Part shown: one piece after another, positions 1 to 10,740 of the stretch
Layout of the letters: every line of letters begins with the position of its first letter
Position numbering within the stretch: position 1 is the first letter of the stretch
Assembly (NCBI GenBank): GCA_013265495.1
Contig: MU058781.1
Coordinates: 4,527,050 to 4,591,049, forward strand
DNA length: 64,000 nucleotides
DNA from: Vicugna vicugna
Lineage: Eukaryota
Reading direction: 5' to 3'
The notes under the pieces: model-generated
What the model was told of the DNA's origin: nothing
The model's database searches: none
The model's input: the letters and a program-made list of their open reading frames with translations, nothing else
Program-made: the position numbers and the translations under genes

Positions 1-477
1 TAGGAAACAGTTTTTGAGACAAGGTATTTTCATTCCTGGCAACTGTCTTTTTTAAAGTCATTTTCTCTGGTAAGCAGGTTCTAGGTTCAGGAAAAGGGAA
101 AAAAAAGGTTTAAAACTGCTAATGCAACCTGACTGGTAAGAGTTTTAATTAGCAGTTCAAAAACTGCCCACAATCTGTGTTTTTAATTAATAGGCACAAT
201 TTCTGTTGAGTTCTACTTCAATAGGAGCTATATAAAACCAGTGAGTGGGTGACATTATTCCATTCAAAAAAGAACTATAAGAAGGGGGAAAAAAGCTGAA
301 TTAGGAGGAACAGAGAAGACACGTGAACTTTCTCTGGGCTATACTGTTATAAATAAACGTTACCTAACACCTTTTGCTGGAAGCCCTTCACCCCATGACC
401 AATCAATCCCTTGAACCATTTTAACACCTTGACATTCTGACCCTTGAGTCCAGACACTAGGGATCCCAGCCTGATAC

Positions 478-1530
478 CCTCATTCAGAAAAGACTGACGA
501 GCATGCTGTGCGCCCAGCACTAGGCAGGTACCAAGGATGCTGCGATGAAAGAGCTGGTCCCCACCATCCAAGGAGCTCATAGTCTTATAGAAAATTATCA
601 AATAAGAAAAAAATGTTATACTACTACACTATAAGCATCCGATCACAAAAATGCCGTCGTTTCATTCTTGTGTTCTCATGATCCAGGCAGGGTCTAAACA
701 GAGTTCGCAATTATAAAATGTTTGTTGAATAAGCACAGGGTGAACAACAGGCGTTCCACATGTACATCAGTGGCACAAAAGAGCAATGATCAACTCTGCT
801 TGGGTGGGGTTCACCCAGAGGACAGTTACCTGGTGCCTAGAAGCAAGGCCATACCAGGAGTTCTCCATGTTCTAATTGCTCAGAACCCAAGCAGACTAAT
901 TGTTAAGTATTTTTATTATGATTCGTAAGGAGAGAGATGAAACCCTGAAGCTGAGTCTTAAAGACCAAACAGAATTTTCCCAAACAGAAAAACCGGGAAG
1001 GGCTTTCCGGACAGAAGGAGCAAGACCGACAAAGGCAAAGAAACCTGAAACATACCAAACAAGTTGCAGAGTGCTGAGGAGGGAGGCTGGGCTGACACAT
1101 GGGAGCCGGATCCTGCGGCGCCTCAAATACCACGCAAAGGCACGCAGCCCTCATCATAAGTCTTCAGTCAGAAAGAGACCTGACTGAACCACTTTGATGA
1201 GTAAATAGACAGACCCAAGAAGAGACAGGGCCAAGAAAAGACACGTTCAAAGGGTTTGGAGATGGGCAAGCAGAAAGACGTGAGGGGTTGGAACTAAGGC
1301 ACTGGCTGTGGGTGAGAAGGGATGCGTGACTAATGGGGATGTTGGGAGGCAGGCTACCTGCAGACAAAGCTTAGACAACAAAGGATGAGAGAACAAGTTT
1401 AAATGGCGTGCATCTTTCTGGTTTGGGTAACTGGAGAGATGGTGGTTCCACTAAGATGACAGGACACAAAGGAGCCCGGGAAGGCGGGGGCAAGGAAATG
1501 ATGAATTTCACATGGTGAATTTTCCTTTTG
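478..1530 (-). mobile_element. LINE-2 (L2) remnants, fragmented
   Basis: Antisense L2 3' end-like text (cccagcactaggcaggtaccaaggatgctgcgatgaa...ggagctcatagtct), resuming at ~940 (gaagctgagtcttaaaga...). A short sense L2 end (aaatgtttgttgaataa) lies at ~655-735. Highly diverged, bounds approximate. Confidence 0.6.
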
Positions 1531-2646
1531 CCATGACAGATGGAGTGATCCAGAGTGGGTCCTAGAGTTCTAACACTCAGGCAGGAAATCTGTCCTAAAG
1601 AGTTGGATTTCTACTGGTCTGGGATTTGCACGAGGTTTTCTTCCATAGTCTGATGCAATCACACAGCCATACACACCCTCCAAAAATTTCCGGGTGTGTC
1701 ATCTCTCTGGTAAGAACATTTCCACGTTTGAGGAAAACCTGATGCTAATTCAGAAGATGCCACGGAAAGCAGTGCACAATTAGAAAGTGGCTATGACACT
1801 GATGAGTTAGTTCTGACAAAGCAGACTCCAGCAAGACTTCCAAATAGGGAGAAATGTTCAAGCTTCATTTCTCATATGTGTTCCAAAGAGCTCAGAAAGA
1901 AGCCCCAGTGCTCTCAGTAACCTCAAGGAACCTCTTCTCCCTTTAAAGAAGAAAAGGAATAATGATTTAAAAGAGAAACCTTCTTAGCTCACATCATCAA
2001 AGTCTTAGTCTCTGCTCAGTTGCTCAGTCTGAACCACCAGCAGGCTTCTGAGACACAGCAATGGTCCCACCGGACAGCTACCTGTTGAATTCTGAAGAAA
2101 TCCTGAACAATCAGTAGACAGACTGCCTTCTGATCTCCTTCCCTTCAGATATTTTTCTTATCGTCCTGGCTTCCCTAAGAACCAAGCAATTCTTACTAAA
2201 CCTTCACATCAATTAATCTGTCCCAGATTCAATGAATCCACTCCTGTCTGGTGCACACTATAATTTCCAGGTGGAGAATAAAGCCCAGGAAAATTCCAAA
2301 CATGTATGGTTGCAGCACAGCCACATGGATCTTCGCTATCACATTGATCTTCCACCAGACCTGGTGTAAGTGGAGTTCGGTTAGTCCTATTAGTCTCATT
2401 TTACTTCCTGGCTGGGACACAGAGAGAACAGGCAGCTTCCATGAGATGATACAGCAAATTGGCTGTAAAATAAGTATCCCCAGTTATAATGGTCAGGAAC
2501 TCCTGTCACTTTGAGAAGTGAGTTCTAGCCATGCCTGTGCAGACGGCAGTGCGTACAGGCATTACTGGACCCTAAGACCAGACCAGGTGAGATGCACAGG
2601 AGGAGGCACAGTGAAGGGTTTACAAGCCCTTGTGTGTTACAGATAT

Positions 2647-3246
2647 TAGCTGATCCTCATTATTTGTGGTAGTTATATTATATAAAGTCTCTGAGCCATT
2701 GCTCCTAGGGGAAATGAGGTTCCTGAGAGCCTCTGGTCACAACACATCCACCAGCTATCAACATATAACCTTGTTTTATGTTTAAAGTTTCTATTTAAAG
2801 ACATCTCATTGAATATATATTGTTGATTCATTAACATCAAACTCACGGCCAACAGCCCTATAGCTCATGCCTAAACGAAGATCCTCCAACACACGTATTT
2901 ACATCACATCACAGCTTTCTTACGTTTAGGAACACTAGACAGTACTTCAGCACTACACTAAGGGTCCATTTTAAAGAGTGAAATCACCAACAAAAAGCAC
3001 CAACAAGTGGGAAATGTGGCGCTGAACACTTGTTCACAGTATGAGAGCCAAAACCAGAAGGCAGAGCATGGCCTTGTTCAACCTCAGCTGAAAATGTGTG
3101 TGTTGGGCAACTCAAATTTTTCACCACTCTGTGCATGTCTACAAATGACTGTAAAAGTAATGTAATTATTGTTTGGGGGTTATAAACAAATTTTATCTAG
3201 TAGGTGAATTTGCACATACAGATCTGTGAATAATGAGGACCAACTG
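2647..3246 (-). mobile_element. MER82-like TcMar-Tigger non-autonomous DNA transposon, near full length
   Basis: Terminal inverted repeats tagctgatcctcattatttg (2647) / gaataatgaggaccaactg (ends 3246) followed by TA. The interior matches the recalled MER82 consensus (gagccattgctcctaggggaaat; cttcagcactacac; ctcaaatttttcaccactctg). Confidence 0.85.
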
Positions 3247-4018
3247 TACATTGTACTGTAACTTTCCTGTAACCCTGCTATTCTGCACGGAATCCTGGCT
3301 AGATGTTTAAACATACCATCATTTAAGTTCATCTTCAAAGTCATTCAAATCACTTTCGTGGGGAGGGGGGAATTTAGTATATTTTTTAAAACATATTTTA
3401 AAATGAAGGAAAAAATCAACAGGTTATTTAAAAATGTAGTCTACTTTTAAATGGTTATGTTTGACAAACTAATACTTTAAACTCACAACACCAATACAAC
3501 GCAGTGCAACTGGCACTAACCACAAGGTAATTTTAAAACTTTTAAAAAATATTTAATTCATTAATAATCCCAGGCAGTATGGTCTGGAGGAGAAAGACAG
3601 GTTTTCAGTTATATGACAGTCGTCTTTTACTTCGTCTGGTCTTTCTGTGTCTGTAACCTCACTGGGAGGGAATCCCAAGGTCTGTATCGGAAAACCTTTG
3701 TGAACATGTGACTCCAGCAGATGATTCCCTGATCCTCCCTGTGACCAGCTCATAAGTTAACATGATCCAGGTCTCTTCAAGGAGTCGATCACTCTCTTTC
3801 TAATTCAGAATGAAGGCAGTTAAAGAAACCTATTGTTTTATCTGCTGAGTGAATAGCAACAGAAACCCTAGGAAGGAAAGAGGTCAGGACACAGTTAAGG
3901 AGCAGGTTAAACAAAAGCCACAGTGCAGACTGTCCTTTCGGGCTGTGCGATCCACCACAAACCACTTTCTGTCTCCAGGCTTCAGTTTCCTCAACCAGAG
4001 TTAGAAGATGCTTTAGAC

Positions 4019-4251
4019 CAGCAGTTGGCAAACCTTTTCTGGAAAGCTCCAGATAGTAAATATTTAGGCTTCAGGGGCCAAAAGGCAAAACCAAGGATAT
4101 TCAGAGGTACATGTTATATTAAGAAAGAAAGTTAAAGTCCACAATTTTTTTTCAATCATTTTAAAATATAAAAACCATTCTTAGCTCACGGGCTGTACAA
4201 AAATAGGCAGCAGACTGGACTTGGCCATTGGGATGTTGTTCTCCGACCTGA
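4019..4251. mobile_element. MER58-family hAT-Charlie element
   Basis: cagcagttggcaaac...ccagatagtaaatattt...aaaaaccattcttagctcacgggctgtacaaaaa...ccgacctga. Perfect 8-bp TSD CTTTAGAC at 4011-4018 and 4252-4259. Confidence 0.85.
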
Positions 4252-4265
4252 CTTTAGACCAGATC

Positions 4266-4428
4266 TGTGCTGTCCAGCAGAACTTTCTGTGCTGATGGAG
4301 ATGTTCTTGATTTGCACCATGGCTATAGAACACTTGAAATGTGGCTAGGGTGACAGGCAAATTGAATGTTTAGCCTTATTTCATTTTAATTAATTGAAAC
4401 TGAAATCAGCACATGCAGCTAGTGCCTC
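4266..4428. mobile_element. MER3 hAT-Charlie element
   Basis: ctgtgctgtccagcagaactttctgtgctgatggagatgttc...cacttgaaatgtggctag...attttaattaatt...cacatgcagctagtg matches the recalled MER3 consensus. Confidence 0.8.
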
Positions 4429-4635
4429 AGGAGAGCTTCAGACGTTTTCTCCATTTCTTCAGGCCCTAATATTTTACAGTCCCACGGATGACTGCCTTCA
4501 GGAGCTCTGTTTTATGAAGCTGGCAGGTGTGGACAGGCTTTGAAGATTCTGCCCTCATTGACCACTTTGGCCTGCAGTGACTTTCTTTTCTCTGGTTCTC
4601 TACAGTATCTCTAGCCGACCATATCCATTCTAATG

Positions 4636-5290
4636 TTAAATTCCAAACTGGGCAGGGAGGCAACCCAAGGTGCCCCAACAAACTCAAGGGATGCGAGAGT
4701 ATTTTCAATTTGAAGAAAAGACACCATACTCAACATTTGTCTGTCTATACTAGCTCAAATGACTACTAGCTCAACATCTATCCAATAGTTCATACACCAC
4801 GACTAGTTTCCAGCTTCACCATTAGATAGTGCTACATTCCTTTCAATGAAGCCATATATTGCAAAGCCGAATTTTCAACAGTGACTGGAAGCAAGAACTG
4901 TAGTGTTGTCATAGTCCGGTCAGGCTGCTCAGACTGGGTGACTTATAAGCAATAGAAATGTACTTCTCCTAGTTTTGGAGGCTGGAAGTTTGAGATCACG
5001 GTGCCAGCATGGTCGGGTTCTGGTGACAGCCTTCTTCCAAGCTGCAGACTGCTGACTTCTCATATTGTCTTCACATGTTGGACAGAGTGAGTGAGCTCTC
5101 TAGAGTCTCTTCTTACAAGGGCACTAATCCCACTTATGAGGGCTCCACCCTCATGACCTAATTATCTCTCCAAAGCCCACTTTCAAATACCATTGCACTG
5201 GGAATTAGGGTTTCAACATATAAATTTGGGTTGAGGGGACATACAAACATTCAGTCCATTGCAAGTGTCTGATGTGACTCCAAGATTTTC
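4636..5290. mobile_element. hAT-Charlie (Charlie4a-like) fragment interrupted by MLT1A
   Basis: ttccaaactg...actactagctc...cattagatagtgctacattcctttcaatga..., resuming after the LTR as gtgtctgatgtgactccaagattt. Confidence 0.6.
4907..5263 (-). mobile_element. MLT1A-type ERVL-MaLR solo LTR
   Basis: tgtcatagtcc...ttttggaggctggaagt...agggcactaatccc...aacattcagtccattgca. TG...CA ends and 5-bp TSD AGTGT (4902-4906, 5264-5268). Confidence 0.9.
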
Positions 5291-6258
5291 TTAAAGTACA
5301 ACTTCTGTCCCTTTCTTTCTCTCTACCTCAAAAATTGTATCTCTCAATTTTTCTGATCCACAGAGCTCAGCATCTTACTTGAAAAAAATCCTAATACCAA
5401 TTAGCCCTGACAAGAACTAGATGAACTTTCCCTGCCAAAATATGGCTAAGTCAAGATTTTGCCTAAAGTTTATGAGAAAACTTTATTGAAGTATTTGTCA
5501 AATGTAAACTGGGCTTCCCTAACTCGCCATCAGGAGTACCTACATGTTCTATTTTTTAGAGCCTTTAGAAGAAGTTCTTATTTTGTTTGTCTCTTCAATG
5601 GTTACCTCTTCCTCCCAGCATTTATTCCTGCCTTTGGAAGAAACAGAAGGGAGCCCGGTTCTGATACTGATCAACATTCTCCCTGTCAGGGAATGAAAGC
5701 CCATCACATGGTCATCCCTGCCAGCAAGCAGCCCTTTCTCCACTTGATCTGCAGACACAGTAAGTTCAAAAAGAGACCTGCCGTCTTTACAATGTTCTTT
5801 CCAACTCCCAGGTTTCTCTGGTATCTGGCTGCTACCTGCATAAAGAGTAATGAACCTAAACCATTAACATTTTTACCATTTTGATCATGGGGAAAAGCTG
5901 GGAAACATAGCAAGTGCCTTCACGAAAAAAATAAATAGTCTGTGCCCTGTTTGTCCCTAGAACATTCACTGAGAGCCTGGAATTCATGGTGGGAGCTATG
6001 TGAAAGGACACCCTCTGCCAATTATCAAGGCAGTTCAAGGGCTTTGTCCAGGTTCATGGGGAAATCTCCACAATGAGGGCTGCCGTGGCATTCAACCCAC
6101 CACCATCTAAGAGAGTGGGCCACGGGGTCTGGTCTTTGGATATTCTGGCTCTCAGCACTACAACCTCCCTTCACTAAGACTGAGCCCACTTTACTCAGTT
6201 ACTCTCTACTCTGTCCTCCTGGGTGAAAATCTCTCTTTTCCACTGAAAACGAAAGAAG

Positions 6259-6309
6259 ACCATTAGATCCATTTTACTTTTTTACTTTTGGTAAAATGGA
6301 TCTAATGGT
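6259..6309. repeat. Perfect inverted repeat, 19-bp arms, 13-nt loop
   Basis: ACCATTAGATCCATTTTAC (6259-6277) is the exact reverse complement of GTAAAATGGATCTAATGGT (6291-6309). Confidence 0.95.
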
Positions 6310-6710
6310 AAAAACTCAAGTTCTATTAAAACATCTCTGAATTCTGGCAACACCCACTGATAGGCTGGTGGTGGCAGAGAGTGGCTGGGGAGGTATAAAC
6401 CCAGCAGATTCCTCCTATACAAAAACAAAGTGCTTATATGCAAAAAGTCAAGGATAGCTAGGTGGTCTTCTCACTCTGAGAACTCATGATTCTGTGGAGA
6501 GCTCTGAGGGGTTTTGTAGGCTCTCTTTGCTATATGATGATGGACAAATTCTGTAAATTTTTCTCCCTTAATTTGGCTCAGTTTAGAAATCTTCTAGGGG
6601 CCCAGCAATATGTTAGGTGCTAGAAATGTAAAGATGAACAAGACCCAGTTCTTGTCCTCAAGTAACTAGAAGAAGGAGGAGGAAACAGAGGCATAACAAA
6701 TAACTCCAGA

Positions 6711-6829
6711 GCAGGAGGGTATAGCTCAGTGGTAGAGCACATGATTAGCATGTAGGTGGTCCTGGGTTCAATCCTTGGTATCTCCATTAAAAATAAACAA
6801 ACAAACCTAATTACTCCCTCCACCAATAA
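6711..6829 (+). mobile_element. Vic-1-type camelid SINE (tRNA-Ala derived)
   Basis: ggagggtatagctcagtggtagagcacatgattagcatg...cctgggttcaatcc (A and B boxes), then aaataaacaaacaaacctaattactccc tail. Confidence 0.9.
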
Positions 6830-7034
6830 AACTCTAAATGTCCTCCAAGAATGCGGCATGGGAGTCAAGGACCTCTGAAGAGAAAATATTGCCAGGAAGG
6901 TGAAGCACAATTCTCCAGGAGTATCAGGTACCATGGAAAAGCAACTCAGGAAGAAGAGAAGCATGAACATGGGATGGATGTGTGTGATGCATTCAAATAA
7001 AAGCAAAGGTTATCCTTTCTCAGCCTCCCCACCT

Positions 7035-7445
7035 CGAATCCATTCTTTACTCCAAGTTAGTCATCTTTCTAAAACGCAATTCTCTTAAAACCCCTTGGTA
7101 GCTACTCTTAGCATGGTGTGAGATGCACTCCATAGTCTGGCCACTCCTTATGCCTCTAGCCTTAACTTTATCACCCAACCAGCCCTTTGTAGCTGCCACT
7201 GTGTTCCCACCCCTGAGCCTAGCTAACTCCACTTGATCTTCAGGACTTAGCTTAAGGGTGCCTCCAATGAGAAGTCTTTCTCAACTCCCGTGGTGGTTTA
7301 GGTGTTTCTTCACAGTGTCCCTGAGTATCCTGCAGCACACATCAGACTGTATTTAATGGCCTACTTGCTCGTCTGTACCCCGCACAGGACTATCGGCTAC
7401 TGAAAAGTAAGCACTCAATAAATACTTGCAGAAGGAAGAAGGGAG
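7035..7445 (+). mobile_element. L2 3' fragment
   Basis: atctttctaaaacgcaat...cctagctaactcc...cttcaggacttagcttaag...gcactcaataaatacttgcagaaggaa (L2 3' terminus). Confidence 0.7.
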
Positions 7446-7649
7446 GGAGGGTGAGAGGGAGAGAAGATAGAATCTTGAAAAAATCTCAAATGTAGGAAAT
7501 AAACGAAAGAACTAAGAACCAGGAGAAAAGTAATGAGAAAGGTGGGGGAAAGGGTGGTATCGTGGGAGTAAAGGGAAAGAGAACTTTCAGTAGGAGGCTT
7601 TTCCTGTAAGAGAAACACTCTAGAGAAATCAGGTAGCTAATGACTAAAA

Positions 7650-8063
7650 CTGGGTTCTTTGTCCTTTTTATGCGCCATGGACCTCTTTGGCAATCTGGTG
7701 AAACCTATGGGTCACTTCTTAAAATAATACTGTTAAATATATAAAATATAATACATATGATAAATTACTTATATTGGAATACAGTTATCAAAATATTAAA
7801 ACATTACACTATGATCATATATGTGCTTCTTTATTAATTCACTAAGTAAGAAGATCCAGCAGCAGGCCCACAAACCATTGCAATTTCTCGATAGCGATGA
7901 AAGAAAACGACACGACGATCTCTCCCATAACTGTAAAGCGAAACTGAAATACCTCGGGATACTATTAGTACCACTCTGGTTTCTTGCCTACATTAACAGT
8001 TGAAAGAAATGCTAAACTTCCGTTAAAGCTTAGTACTTTCCCCCCCAAAATTCACAGACCCCA
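7650..8063. mobile_element. hAT-Charlie element (MER119/MER106-like)
   Basis: gccatggacctctttggcaatctggtgaaacctatgg...tatattggaatacagttatcaaaatatt...ttcacagacccc. The exact subfamily is uncertain. Confidence 0.7.
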
Positions 8064-10207
8064 ATCAAGTCACCAAATTGGCAACGAGGTCCGTGCTGCT
8101 TTGCCCAGTTTCAGGGAAGTAAAGGGGCAAAAGCCAGATTGAAAATTAAGTGATAAATAAACGGGGAGAGAAAAGAGGGAAGCCATGATTATAGGTTCCT
8201 CTTTCCCGATGTTTTGGTAGCCAAAAGAATGAAAAGGCTTGGAGAAGCTCGAAGGAGAAGAAACATCCGGAGGATATAGAAATAGAACATCCCCTCTCCT
8301 TGTGACTCAAAAAGTAATGTTGGGAACAAGGCTAAATCACTGTTGGAAGTCATTCCCACATCATGAACAAAGGGCAATAAATCAGGATGTGGTGTTATTG
8401 GCACTGTTTCTACTAGTGTAGGGAGATTATGAAACTCTGCACAGCCTCAGAGTCAGAACTGCAGGAAAGATGAGACAAAATCAGTGCCACGGGATTCTTT
8501 CTCTCTGAAAAATAACTGACCATCATTGTTTGAAGTAAGACAGGTAACTGGTTGACTTGGGAGTCATTCCGTGATTTCCACACGCCAAGTACTCCTGATT
8601 GTAGAAAGGACCATATAAAGAATTCTTCTTGTCTATGGAGAAGACAGTCTCCCAGAAACCTGCTCCAGATACAGCTTTCCTTGTAAGATGAGAAATGGTC
8701 TCAGGGCAACAGAAGTTATTTAACCTAATCTTTTTCTAGGTCAAGACTGAATACTACCAATAGCAGTTGATATCTGAGGCACCAGATGCTTTAAAAACAA
8801 CAACAATGTGCATGTGAGAGACAGAAACAAAATTCAAGAAAATGGCAGGGCAGATCCAACAGTTACTAAACACAGAACACAACTAAAACAAAAATAAAGT
8901 TTGGGTTTCTTAATAACCACCCTTTCTGAGCCAAAGGCGGGGGGGGGGGGCTCCTGAAATCTGATGAGCTAGACAGCAGGCAGAAGCCTTCAGAGAGTCT
9001 GGGGAGAAACTGAACAGGAGGAAAGCTGTGCAGATATGCAAATACCCTATTCAAACCCAGGCTCTGCTTTTCCTGCCACTGAGAGCAATTAAGTGGTTAG
9101 AGAGCTGCCCTTGAGCCTCTCCTCCTTAGAGTCAGTTGGGGATGTGCAGACTAGTTGACTTCATCTGGCCTAAGCCAGACCAAGATAAATCAAATTAAAT
9201 GTCCACCGACACAAAACCCATGTGTTTTGTGAGCCCATGTGATACTGGGAGCGACTAATACAGCTTCTCTGGGTGTGGGGAGGCTGGCCATCTCGTGTGC
9301 AGCTCTGTACTGTGACTGGAACTCAGGTGCTGCTAGGCATGAGACTAAAGAACAATTACAACAGCCTGTATTCATCACTGGACATCGTTTATTAGGCTTT
9401 TCTGTGCAAGGAGCCCAAAGCCCTTTCCAGAAGTGACCTCCATCAGCCTCAACCCACAAGTCCATGAGCCCCCCAGCAGGCAGCCAGACTGTATTATCAG
9501 CCCACATTCCAACTCCAAGTAAGTGGGAAAAGGTTTTATTCAAGGTCACCCAGCAGATGGAGGCCAAGCCTGGGGTAACATTTCAGCCTAACCTTGTGTC
9601 TTATCTGTCACGGCACTATTTATCTCAACCTGCAGCTTCCAAGGGCAATCAAGGCTGTCCTCTGTGGGACCAACCTGGAGGTCTCAGGAGACCTAACACA
9701 AGGGTTAAGGAAAAAAGATCACATTTTCCAAACCTACTCACTCAGGTTTCTAACATCCCACTATTTAGCTACGTGGAATAAACTAACTCTGGAATCTTGA
9801 AGACAGTATGAATTGAACATGATACAGAAACCAGAGAGTTATATGCTTCTAAGGAGTATGAATGAGACTCCATCAACCCTCAGCTTTTGGGTAACTCCAG
9901 ATCTCAAGGAGCAAGTCTCCAGCCAAGGAAGCTGTACTTTGCTCTAAAGAGCCCCTGAGAACTGTGGCAGCTCACTTGGGAGATATTAAAATGAGCATCC
10001 CTTCCAGCACCCTCCACTCCATTTATGGCCAGTGTGCTCTGCAAATACCCAAACAAAGTGAAGCTTCTGCCCAAAGAGTATGGCTCTGTGTAGGGAGAGG
10101 GAGACGGGTCAGAACGCTACCCAGTGGGAGGAACTCTCCCAGACTGGGCTGTTGCTGGTTTCCAGGCCAAAGGGTGCTGGTTGAGCAAGCCACGACCTCT
10201 GACTTAC

Positions 10208-10293
10208 CTGCCGTGGCAGGTTTGCCCTGTGTGTACACCCAGTAACGATCTGATGAGGGCCCAACAAACACACACATTCTGTCTGATTCTCTC
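10208..10293 (-). other. Candidate non-coding (5'UTR/lncRNA) exon, 86 nt
   Basis: Minus strand acceptor CCCTTCCCTCCCTCTGCTCTGCTCTTTCCAG|G (AG at 10295-10294) and consensus donor CAG|GTAAGT (10208/10207). Confidence 0.4.
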
Positions 10294-10339
10294 CTGGAAA
10301 GAGCAGAGCAGAGGGAGGGAAGGGCTGGAGGTGAGGGCA

Positions 10340-10740
10340 GGCGTCTGCACTCACCTGGAGGGTCCGTCTTCTATTGTTTTCTCCTCTGGCTCTGTTTTGT
10401 GTTTCCTTCCGACAGCCAGCCAGTGCCCCGCATCCTTCCTCCCACCTCCCGCCCAGCAACGCCCTCAGTCCCCTAGCTTCCGGTATGGACCCCTCACTTC
10501 CGGTGTGGACCCCTTGATTCCGCAGTGGACACCTCGCTTCCGTCCGGACAGAAGTGCTAAGAACGGCTGCTTTTAAAAGGCGTCTCCTGTATCTGCAAGC
10601 TTTATGTTTCGCCGAAGCCAGTAACACACTGAGGAAGCAAAAATGCTCATGAGGTACCGCAGGTCAAGGCCTCAAATGGAATAAAAAGAAAGAATAAACA
10701 GAGGTTCTGGCTGCCCGCAAACGCACAGATTCCGAGGGAC
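10340..10740 (-). promoter_or_regulatory. Small CpG-enriched promoter with tandem ETS/GABP motifs and a GC box
   Basis: About 20 CpGs by eye in ~400 bp of an otherwise CpG-poor window. The minus strand reads CCGGAAGC, CCGGAAGTG, GCGGAATC and ACGGAAGC in 20-bp phase (10471-10549). GC box GGGCGGGAGG at 10445-10454, TTTTAAAA at 10571-10578. Confidence 0.65.
10355..10470 (-). other. Candidate first exon of an unidentified minus-strand transcript (5' end uncertain, ~10470-10545)
   Basis: Lies immediately downstream of the ETS-repeat promoter and ends in the consensus donor CCAG|GTGAGT (10355/10354). No recognisable coding sequence. Confidence 0.5.

Noticed and set aside
2271..2365. Possible plus-strand exon (ttccag|G...GGT|gtaagt)
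   Set aside because: Weak pyrimidine tract, unrecognisable translation and no partner exons.
10471..10549. CRISPR-like appearance of the 20-bp repeats
   Set aside because: The units are directly tandem without unique spacers, there are no cas genes, and the context is mammalian.
10109..10627. 172-aa minus and 150-aa plus ORFs over the promoter
   Set aside because: No recognisable protein family. Long ORFs are expected in GC-rich DNA, and the minus ORF runs through consensus splice sites.
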